64,000 nt of DNA from the NCBI GenBank assembly GCA_977030845.1, contig OZ365116.1:21576001-21640000 (forward strand), given 5' to 3'. Positions 50,101 to 60,100 of the stretch are shown here, piece after piece; the first letter of the stretch is position 1, and the number at the start of each line of letters is the position of its first letter. Source of the DNA: Fimbriosthenelais zetlandica. Taxonomy: Eukaryota. The notes beneath the pieces are model-generated. The model worked only from the letters and a program-made list of their open reading frames with translations, ran no database searches and had not been told where the DNA came from. The position numbers and the translations under genes are program-made.

Positions 50101-53100
50101 TTTATTTGAATAGAAATTATTCATTTATATCTTAAATTAATAAATCTGTACCGTGTTCATTGTCGCAGTAAGGCATTAAATGTCCCTGCAAGCAATTAAT
50201 GGATGATTCCCATGTAGTGAAAGACAAAAGTGCGATATTAAATTTTAATGGAAAATTAATGGAAGTGCGAGTGGGAAGAAATTTAAGAGTCAAATCCCAT
50301 ACACCGTGTCCCTTAAAGAACAATGTACCCATCATTCCCACGCTCCTTATTGTCCCAATGAGGCTTTCACTCAAATTGATATCAAAATGCCAGGCTTTAA
50401 TTATTCGAAGAGCGTCCAACAGTTTTGTAGTTTTCTGAAGAAAAGAACTCAAAATCCCGAAGTGATGGCTTGCAGAGATAATGAGGAAAGGTGGAGGTGG
50501 GAGGATTGGAGAGGATGAAAATTGCTTGTTTCCTAATTTAGTAAAATTGCGTAATCTTCCAGATTGTGAAATTTATTCACGTAAAATGTCAAATTAGATC
50601 ATTAGTTTTAGGTCGCTGATTACACATTCGATCCCTATAGATCTACATCCCCTTCATCCCAAATTATTTACCGGCGGGTGTGACTTGTGACGTCTTGATA
50701 AGACTCTTCTCACTTTAATTTCAGGTGAAGTGGATGGCAAGAGCAACCAACACCAACGTCAAATGGAGGCACGTAAAAAAGTGGCCAAGGTGGTGCTCTC
50801 CTTCGTCATCGTCTTCATTGTGTGCTGGTTGCCACGTCATATCTACGTCATCTGGTTTCACTTTGACCCTGGTCTCTACAACTTATTCTGGCACGTCTTT
50901 AAGGTTAGTATCACATTATGGTGCAGATCCACTGCAGTTTCTCACCATGCGAGAGTTGCGATTTTGTTGCGACTTGCCCTTGTGGTCTGGCTGACTTTTC
51001 TATGGTCTTATAACTTCCATATCTGCCACACCACCCGCAAATAGAGCGCAATTATATCGGTATATCCCTCACAATTAGTAGGGTACTTCTAGTGCACTTA
51101 CACTTGCGACAGAGCTACCCCATGCCAGCGTTCGTTTATTGACGATAAAGTATCTCCAATTTCTAGTATATATTTCTGCGCAAATAATGTATTTGAAGGG
51201 CACTGACATATATTCCACATTTCATCACCTTCCTGGACTGACCTTAGAGGGATTTGTATCTGATTGTTTCGTTTTAACACAAAACATTTGAATTCAAATA
51301 CACAAATGTATGCAACGCATCTTTTAGGATACTGGTACAGTTAGTATTCCTCTTCACAATGGTATTGCCTATGGAGCATATACTGAGTGTATGAGCACCT
51401 CCCTTCAACCTCCCAGTACAGCTTGTGTGTATTGTTAAAGGCAGGGATCATTGGGAGTGGAACCTAAGTCAGCAGAGATGATTTGTGTTCTAAGTCCTTC
51501 CCTCTAAAGTGAACTGCTGCAGTGGACATTGGATTTATGACAATCTGCATGGCATGAGTAAAGCAGCCTGATGGCAGGATGAAGAAGATCAGAAGGTTAG
51601 AGCATTAGATAAAACATTAGATAAAATGGGAGGTCGGTCAATCATTATATAGGGGGCGTCTGGTGGAAAGGCAGTGGGACTTTTTCTCCATCTCATTCCT
51701 TCAGATTGTCTAAGGAATCACAGCTCGCGGAAATTGGCTGCTCCTTTCCCAGGAGATTCTACAATTGCTCGATACAAAACATTCTGTTGAACTTTTATCA
51801 GGTAAATGGATGGGATGAAATGAAAACGTTGATACCGAACTACGCTGCTATGATCTGCAAATATTAGTACTATCCACTCAAATGATAGAGCAGAGACATG
51901 CCAATATAGATTCATGCCAATATAGCAATGAAGATCACAAGAATTTGTCTGCATTATAGGAACCTGGGTTCCTAATATGACCACCAGCAACTTAATAAAT
52001 AATTTAACATCAAAGAAATGCAAAAGAGGTTGAGGGGATTCTGTTCTTATCCTTTCTGAACCTGAGGAGCTCTTGTAGGGTTTTAATTATCGCCCATAGG
52101 AGCTTTATGGAAAGCAGGGATAATTACCTGTCCAGCTTATATATGTGGAAATGTGGGTGTCATTCAGGAATACCCACAGGCATTGGCTTTTTGCAATGTT
52201 CATAACAAGGTATCTTTCTAATGACTTTATATACGATATACTGTGGATCATATACCATAATATCAAACTGCCAACTGCAAAATTTTTAGTAAGATGTTCT
52301 CTAAATTTGCGACAGCCAGAGGGTGTCGCCTTGGTTTTTCTACTTCATATCAGGGGAAAATGAGGAGGAATATGGAGAAAAAATAAGATGTTATAGAAAA
52401 TAATGAAAAAGTGTAGTACTGGTGTTGGTATGGGTTGAGTATCTATTTGCCAAAGCACCACAGAGAGAGCCATTGCAGACCAAGCTGGATTGACTTAACG
52501 GCCGTCTGCAAGCATACATACACTGCCTCAAGCAGAAGTTGGTAGAATCTGTAAAACCTCTGCTACCCCATGCATTTATAAAGACCAGGGGCCTGTTTGT
52601 GAGGATGAATGAAGGACACTAGTTCATAGATTAACATTGTCTAACAGAGCTCTGTTATGAAACAGACCCCAGCTTGGTCCTGGATGTAGTGGGGGTTGGG
52701 GGAGTATGATGCTTTCTGAGGTTATGCCTTGAATTAAGCGCACAAGAGATGTGGCAAGGAAAATCAGCCAAGGAGAGCTCGGAGGCCAAAGAGTTCGCTG
52801 GTGCATGAATCCCAAGGGAACCCTTGGTATTTTATCAAATGAGCCAGGTCACCACACAAGCATACACTTCATAAAGGCTGGCTGGGAAAATTGGCTTAGT
52901 GCACTGCAGGCTCCTGGAGGGACATACTTATAAGGATGTCATACTCAATCTGAAGTTCTCACTTTACCCTTAAGCTTGTATAGAAGCACCCTCTTGTTAA
53001 AGCAACAGACCTCACAGAATACGATTCCAAATCGTATCTAGATCTATATCATAAAACTGGCGTTAAAAATGAGCCAATATTAGTACCAACTGCAGAGGTG

Positions 53101-53765
53101 GATAGCACTAAAAACAAATAGGCAACAGGTGCTTGCTTCAGACTATGGTAAAAAGCTGGTGAATTCATGAGGGGCCCTCCATGTATATTATTTGATATTA
53201 CGCTGGTGCATGTAAAAAGTGCATTGTTAAATCTGTCATCGGACTGTCGGCATTGCTTTCTCCTGTTTCTCGGCAGTGGGCTCTAATTGTGTTTGGCATG
53301 CCAGGCTGAGCAAATGAGAGCAGCATCAATTACAACTCCAGTGGACAGTTTGTTGCTTCTCCCCACCCTACGTAACATTTCTAGTGGCATCAAATTAAAC
53401 ATTGGCCAGGACTAGAGGTTGAACCATTAGCTTTACACCATTAGACCTCAGGTTCATTGTAGATTGTTCCCTTTAATTACAAGCAAATGTTGATAAACCA
53501 ACCCAAACGTTAGCTATTGATGAATAAATCAAACCTTTATCTTCCACAGGTCATCGGTTTCTGCCTGAAGTTCATCAACTCGTGCATCAACCCCCTAGCA
53601 TTGTACTTCTTGAGTAAGCAGTTCAGACGTTACTACAACAAGTACTTGTGCTGCTCAGAGAGCCGAGGTCAGGACACAGAGTATGCTACCATGTATAATT
53701 TTAACAGCACCGTGAGGCGAACCAGTACCACCATGACCATGATACCCTCACAGTCAGCCTGCTGA
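25442..53765 (+). CDS. CCHaR: Neuropeptide GPCR, CCHamide/excitatory peptide (bombesin/endothelin-receptor family), 379 aa; join(25442-26186,50725-50903,53550-53765)
   Basis: 745+179+216=1140 nt = 379 aa + stop; phases 1 and 0 are consistent. Seven hydrophobic helices; PEAYVVP, GNGTL (TM1), MRNVPNIFIVSLALGDL (TM2), SVFTLVALSGDRY (TM3), CWLP (TM6), FWH, NSCINPLALY (TM7; NPxALY is typical of this family). N-terminal sequons NYT/NHT, disulfide Cys in CKL and LCAI, YLCC possible palmitoylation site, Ser/Thr-rich tail. Confidence 0.92.
26187..50724 (+). other. 24,538-bp GPCR intron 1 (phase 1)
   Basis: Bounded by GTAAGT and TTTCAG; direct joining gives MPG-EVDGK in frame, with no missing family motif between TM5 and TM6. 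Confidence 0.85.
28217..28293. repeat. 32-33-bp tandem duplication x2.4
   Basis: catgctgtgtaatggg(g)tggtttaatcatagat units at 28217, 28249 and 28282. Confidence 0.9.
50725..50903 (+). CDS. CCHaR: GPCR coding exon 2 (ICL3, TM6, ECL3)
   Basis: Acceptor ctttaatttcag|GT at 50724 completes Gly; encodes QMEARKKVAKVVLSFVIVFIVCWLPRH; donor AAG|gttagt at 50903/4. Confidence 0.93.
50904..53549 (+). other. 2,646-bp GPCR intron 2 (phase 0)
   Basis: GTTAGT...CCACAG boundaries; in-frame join FK-VIGF. Confidence 0.88.
52589..52669. mobile_element. 81-bp degenerate MITE, PIF/Harbinger-like, in GPCR intron 2
   Basis: Termini gggcctgttt / aaacagaccc (9/10 complementary), flanked by CAG (52586-88, 52670-72); internal 16-bp palindrome taacagagctctgtta at 52642-52657. 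Confidence 0.55.
53550..53765 (+). CDS. CCHaR: GPCR coding exon 3 (TM7 and C-tail)
   Basis: Acceptor ctttatcttccacag| at 53549; VIGFCLKFINSCINPLALYFLSKQFRRYYNKYLCC...QSAC, stop TGA at 53763-53765. Confidence 0.94.
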   Translation, partial: VIGFCLKFINSCINPLALYFLSKQFRRYYNKYLCCSESRGQDTEYATMYNFNSTVRRTSTTMTMIPSQSAC

Positions 53766-55574
53766 GGCTGGCTTTAACTGATTGTATGGACAATATACTC
53801 CATACACATCTTTATCTTTTAACTGACAGTGTGTACATTGGGTGGCGGTAGACGGACTACTTATTCAGTGCTCATGACAATTAGCATGGGAACAATTTGA
53901 AATCTCATTTCCCTTGATAAAGGACTTGAATGAGAAATGAATTAAAGTGAGCGATAATATGAAGCTACGGTGAGATTCTTCACTAGATATTGATAAAACT
54001 ATAAACTGAATTGTGGCTTGTAATGTGTACGAACAGTTACTGTAGTCTAAACTGAACCAGTTTGAGACATTTTGTAGAAACTGGCAGGCCAGAAGTAGCA
54101 ATAAGGCCTCATTTCATTGGCAATAGCAGGAGGGGTATCAAATGTAGTCTAACTTTAGCGAGATCTCTCAGTGAAGTTAATTTAACATTAGAGAGCCTGG
54201 CCAAATATAGTAGCTTCACTATAATTTGCCTGTTGAAACTTTGTGAATTTGACATGGTACTCATTGAGATGATCTGTATTTTTATTGTCTGTCAAAGCCC
54301 AGTTTTGAAATGAATGATTACGGAAGGGACGTCCAGAATTAGACCACCCAATACAGGGAACTGATCTCAAACATTTTTATACATGTACAATCTTAGTGAA
54401 CATCTGTCTATAAGTTTACTCACAACCCCTACCTTCTTCACCCCCCCCCACCCCCACCCACAGCCCACCGCCAAATAAAAAAGAATCTCATGATGATCCT
54501 GTTTTATCTAGTCAAAATAAGAGATTTTCATTGATCCAAATATCATCGGATGTGGAAACTATGTTGTCTGTACAGTGTAGCTGTAGAATTGATGTAGAAT
54601 TATATACAGGTTTTGATTTTCGTTGTATCAAACTGTTGTTTTCTCTTGAAATAATGAAAGAGTGATCGGGCAAAAGAGAGGGCGGGTTGATGTAGATTGC
54701 CTTGTGGATGGAATATGTACAGGTACGTGTTGTGAGCATTAAGGGTGGCAAATGTGGTTACACGGTACAGAGCAACTTTAAACAATGTGTATGAGCTACT
54801 GTTCCTTCAGTGAGGCATGTTAATTCATATCAGAATTCTTCTAAAGACTTGATGATTCCATCGAGGGAGAGGATAAAACGCTGATCAAGACATCTTTAAG
54901 AAAATGATTTAGAAATTGACGGAAAGTTTCCTAACTATAAGCCTTTTAAAAAAGTTTCACTGGTAATTACAGGCCTTGTATTGTCTTTTAAGGGAAGAGG
55001 AATGTGACGTGTAGTCATATATGTAGTGATAACTTTCAGTGGTCTCTCAGCAACAAATTTCTGTCTTAAATGAATAGCTGGTCGGGGACATATCTGTATA
55101 TACGTACACTATATGAAGTGCCAGAGGCTGATTCAATATTCAACCTTATACGGCAAATAAAGAGCTGGCAAGAGGCAAGCTGCCTGACCAGACCATTCAC
55201 TATCATACGACCTCCACTGTATAAGGTCCATAATAGGTCCATCTTTAGTTGCAGACTCTTGGCACAAGTCTTTTTTTCCTGAATGTTTTAAATAATGAGG
55301 ATGTACTGTGGGGATGGTACACTACAGAACATTAGTTATATTGTAAAGGACAGTTTTTAGCCGGGCTGCCAGGAGAGTTGGACTTGTTTCATATGGAAGA
55401 TGTGCTATAAATGCCCTTAGCCCCATCACTGGTTTACGACTGTTTGCTATGAAAGAGGTCCCTAATATATTTGCTTATGACTGTCTCATTCTCCCCACTC
55501 CCCATCTCTTCTAGTGAACCTTATGTTGGTAACTCGATATATAAATGTATGTGACAAAGTGTACAGTATTAAGA

Positions 55575-55580
55575 AATAAA
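55575..55580 (+). terminator. Candidate polyadenylation signal of the GPCR
   Basis: AATAAA followed about 30 nt later by a GT-rich tract (ttgagttgtgtgtgactttcgttcttgt), the canonical arrangement. Implies a 3'UTR of about 1.8 kb; another AATAAA lies at 54474. Confidence 0.4.
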
Positions 55581-55753
55581 AATGCATACAAATACGTAAG
55601 CAGATAATATTGAGTTGTGTGTGACTTTCGTTCTTGTCATGAACAGTAGTAATCGATAGTAAGGACTCTTGTCGGACTCTATAGCTCTATCTGAAAGCAG
55701 TGACAGATTGCTTTAGATTTTTAATCCTTGGTATAATAATAAAAGGAGACCAG

Positions 55754-55820
55754 GAGCCCATTTCAAAACAAAAATTAGCCATAGACTTAGCATTGCTAAT
55801 TTTTCTTTTGAAATGGGCCC
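55754..55820. mobile_element. 67-bp fold-back MITE, PIF/Harbinger-like
   Basis: 26-bp arms gagcccatttcaaaacaaaaattagc / gctaatttttcttttgaaatgggccc (24/26 complementary), 15-nt loop, flanked on both sides by CAG (55751-53, 55821-23). GGGCCC-type termini and CWG duplications are known for Harbinger elements. Confidence 0.7.
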
Positions 55821-57078
55821 CAGGATTGATAAAGGGCAGGAGGAAAGTCTTTGGAAACTTTGCCAAGTTCAGCTCAGAGACGACAGAAAAAGTGAATTTA
55901 TAATTCGGCACAAATTTCTCAGGAAATTTCGCTACTGAGTAGGTCGCAATTAAATACAGACTCTGGGCTCATGCTAGCTACAAGATGTGTGTAGCAAAAA
56001 GTGCTAAAGACACCAGATTCCTCTGAGCAGTTTGCAGTTGGCGTTAGCAGATGTCAATTTGAAGAAAACGCTGCTAGTTGAATTTTCCTTCAACTCTGAT
56101 ATTTGTGTGATGTTGCGGTGGTTAGGCGTAATTTTTATTTCGCAAACTTGGCGAATTTTCTTTTAGCAGAATAGTATTTTTTATTCGCAAATTGCGATCA
56201 GGTAGCGCTTGCCCAGAGTCAGTGATTTGAACTATTTCATCTGAAGTTACTAAAGGTTTTTTCCCACATTTCTCGGAAGTCGAGCCTTCAGTATTAAGTT
56301 TCTTCATGCCTTCAAAGCGTTTTAACATTAAGTTCAAAGCTTTAAACTCCTGGGCAACTCTTAAAGGGAATTGCAGTTCTTACACAGGCAGTAGCTTGAA
56401 TTTCGGCACTACCTGAACACAGGCTAAGGCAATACACATGTATACATATCATAAGCATATATCAGGTATTCCCTTCAAAGGTAGATATATATATACTTGG
56501 CATGTAATCGCAAAATTTAGTACGTGCGCCATACAAAGTATTTGTTATTCATTGACGGATGTAAAACGAGCAGAATGATAGAAGAATTGACCTCTATATT
56601 TTCAAGGACGACAAACCAATGAAACAACTTCTACTACTAAATGTATATCGGTATAAGCAACAGCACAGAGTTGTTGTAGAATACTGCCCCTCATTGTTGA
56701 ACATGGACGTGATTGTTTTATCAAATGGCTCGTATATAGCTGGAAGGTATTCATTAAGCATCAGCACTCAAATGTTTTATTACTGGGGTTCTCCTGGCTT
56801 AATGGACTACGGGCGCTTAGCTGAGGAAGCATTTACTTTTGAGGATGTGTGTATTAGAAGGTAGATAAAGTGGGCTGCATGAGAGATGAGAGGCCACCAT
56901 TAACCAGCAACGATAGGAGGAAGCATAAGACATTCAGTCCCAATCATTGGATGCCACTTAATCTCTCAGCTATATGTGGCAAACTGCAAGAAAGGTAAAT
57001 CACAGAAAAACAAGTGACTGCATCAAAATCAACTGAGATGTAACAATGGATATAGAGATAGTAATCCTGTGCACAGGG

Positions 57079-57195
57079 AAATGAGGAAAACATAACGGTT
57101 AAAATGAGGAAAATATAACCGTTAAATTGAGGAAACATAACGGTTAAAATGAGGAAAATATAACCGTTAAATTAAGGAAAAGATAACGGTTAAAA
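57079..57195. repeat. 22-23-bp minisatellite (45-bp dimer x2.5) with alternating TAACGGTTA/TAACCGTTA cores
   Basis: Cores at 57093, 57116, 57138, 57161 and 57184, separated by aaatgaggaaa-type spacers; preceded by the palindrome cctgtgcacagg (57066-57077). Confidence 0.9.
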
Positions 57196-60100
57196 CTATC
57201 TCAATGCCCATTAAAATGGAACTCTCGGGCTATTTAAAACACGTCCCATTAGGCCATACTCCAATGCTTCTCTATTTCCGAACAAGCAAGAGGAGGAAAT
57301 GGCAGAACATCTTGAAGCTCTCCAGCAACAACCAACTTGCCCTTTTGCACCACTACAATTTTCAACAGGACTTCCCAAAAAGCCATTTCCTACTTTGTTA
57401 TGTAAAATCACCTTTGATGCTTATCAACAGGGCCGGCTCATTTCGCTTCCATGCCAGGACAATTAGCTTAAAAAATGAAAAAGTGGGGAAAAAGATTGAA
57501 GAAAAGTAAAAATGGATCTTTTTTCCTACATGAAAATTTATCACGAGATCAGTTCTCATAGAATTCATTTTATGATAAAAGGTTTCTTTTAGAGGCACAG
57601 CATAAAGAAAAATATTTTTAAAAAGCACAATATTGACAACAGTCGTACAGGTACGCCATAGAATTTATTCCTGCCAGTGGGCAAAGTCCCATCAGACTTC
57701 TTTTTAAAAAACTTAGTCCGAAAAAACTTATTCCTCTTTATACGATATACGTGATTTGGGAATAATGACAAAATGCTTCAAATTTCCGGACTGGGACTGG
57801 GAAAACTAATTAAATTTCTTCACTTTGCAATAAAAATGTGCTGAAGCCTTAGCAGAAAAGGGATGCCCCACCTTGTAATTACATTCTCAGAAGTAAAAAC
57901 AAATAATTTTTAGTTTTGAATGTCATTCCTATCCAGCAGATAGTCATGCAGACTGAGTTTATATTATAGAGGATAGTGAGGGATGGGAAGGGGACAGGAT
58001 TAGGGATCTTTATAAGAAGGTTCTACCATCTTGCATCTCTTTCCACAAACTCATTCCATCGATTTATAGCAGCAGCCCAAAGCCAAACTAACAATTCATG
58101 AATAATATGACGGGCATAAAGTAGTGTAATAGGAGGGTTTTCTGTTTTATCGGCTGATATTTATTACCAAAAAATACCAGGCTCATCTGACTTTGATGCT
58201 CGCGTGGCTTTTTCTTCCCCTGTCCTCACAATGTTTAAGCGTTCCATGAGAATTCAGACACCAGCTTAATGGTTTCCTGATTAAAAATCAATAGTGGGAC
58301 ACAATGGTTTATTGGAGGTAAGCAGTGCCTGTCTGGTAACATGTGTACCTGTGGCAGCCACCAGGCTCTAGCCTTTAAACAGGCTTATCATCATAGGCTT
58401 CGCACACACCCAACGATCCTCACATTTCCATAATTTTCAGGTTCCAATGAGTTCGTCAGCATGATAGAAAATAATGTGTAAAGCGGTTTCAAAACGCCTG
58501 ACGGGTGCCTCGTGAATATTATGCTCTAAACTGTTTAGTCAAGATTTGAACGCGGGATTTGATGGCCATTCATAGTTAGACTGCTCAGCAGTGTTGGATT
58601 ATTGCGTTCACAACCTCTGAGATGATGTCTGAGGCATCAAGACACGAGTAGCAAAATAAAAAAACCTAAACACAAGACAAGCACGTATGACAGGTCTATG
58701 ATATTGGCCACTTTAGAGATGATGAGAAGATATGGAGGTGAGGTATATTGGGTAAGTACGAGGAGGAGGGAGATGAGAGAGGAGGAGCATAATGGAGGAG
58801 AGCACAAGCCTTCACTTATACATACCACCTTCTCACGTCACTAAATCACACTAGTAAGAGATGAGATGAATAAGCTACGAGTGTTCAAGTAATCATTATT
58901 TGAAGGAGCTCCTCGTTCCTATTTCCATTGAAAGGCCATGACTAAAGGCATTCCATTCATGTAATAGAAACAGTCACATCAAATACAGACATAAATGCAC
59001 ATACAGGTAGAAATTTTATAGTTAAAGCAAAGTGCATTTTTATAGCTAAAGCAAAGTACATTTTCACTCTTTCCACATAACTTTGAAGGAGAATATTTTC
59101 AGGCTCGATTAAATATTAAAATCGGAGCTAATTCTCTGAATTTCGTTCAGTGGGGAGCCTATTAGGGTAACAAGCACCTGCCTATTATAAGAGATCAGTA
59201 ACAGTATGCATTCACTGCATCTACCCCCGCGGTTCACCAACTAAACACCATTAGCATCAAATAGCACTTCAATAACAGTAGAGAACAACTAAAATATTAT
59301 TTGAAAGGCAATATTTGTTCTAGAGAGATTTAAATACAATATATAATGGTCTGAAATAAAAGATATCAAGGAGAAAAAGCTATTATATATGAAACAAATG
59401 GATTTGATTTTATGGTAGGTGTTTACCCCGCGAGCGATGAGAAAGCCATTAATTCATCCTGCCAAGTCCAATTATATCATTTTCTATCCATGTGAAATGT
59501 ACTTAAGGAGGCAAACTGACTTAATGAGAATCCTCCTTGTTAAAGCTGAAGGTGGGTAGGATGGAAGGTGGGTGCCCAGGGGTGGGTGAATGAGGAAGAG
59601 CCGGCAGGGGTACATATATACAAAACCTGAGAAGCACAAACCAAACCCAAGGCTTCTGTCTGACTACTTATAATGACGTGTCTAACCTTATCGTTCAAGC
59701 AGCAACTAATGACCTATCGTACCCATCTCTTACTAATATCAGCAGCCAAGATGAAAAGATCTCTTGTGCGATTGGATCGAATTAAGTCTCAAACTGTATC
59801 AAAACTGATGCCTTTCGGGATAATGGGAGGTACGATTTGAGGGGGTTGGAACGTGTAGTCATCAGTGAAATTGGTGTACCGACCCGTGAATAAAAACTGG
59901 ACTTGATTCTTGCACATTCACTATCTTTTTCTCAGATTTCTATTTAGATTTGCTCGAGATATTACTCTTCGTATTTCTATCGTAGTCGAGTAGACCTGTG
60001 TAATTAACATGTAGCCTTGGTAGGAGTAATTATCGGGTGATCTGGGCATTCATGCATCACGATGGCCTCTCCATCATTATGTATGCAAAATGAATTATTC

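Noticed and set aside
50300-50330. TA-CACCGTGTCCC, resembling a Tc1/mariner terminus
   Set aside because: No partner inverted repeat or transposase remnant seen.
13295-53765. Functional coupling between the glycosyltransferase and the N-glycosylated GPCR
   Set aside because: Adjacency alone is not evidence in a eukaryotic genome.
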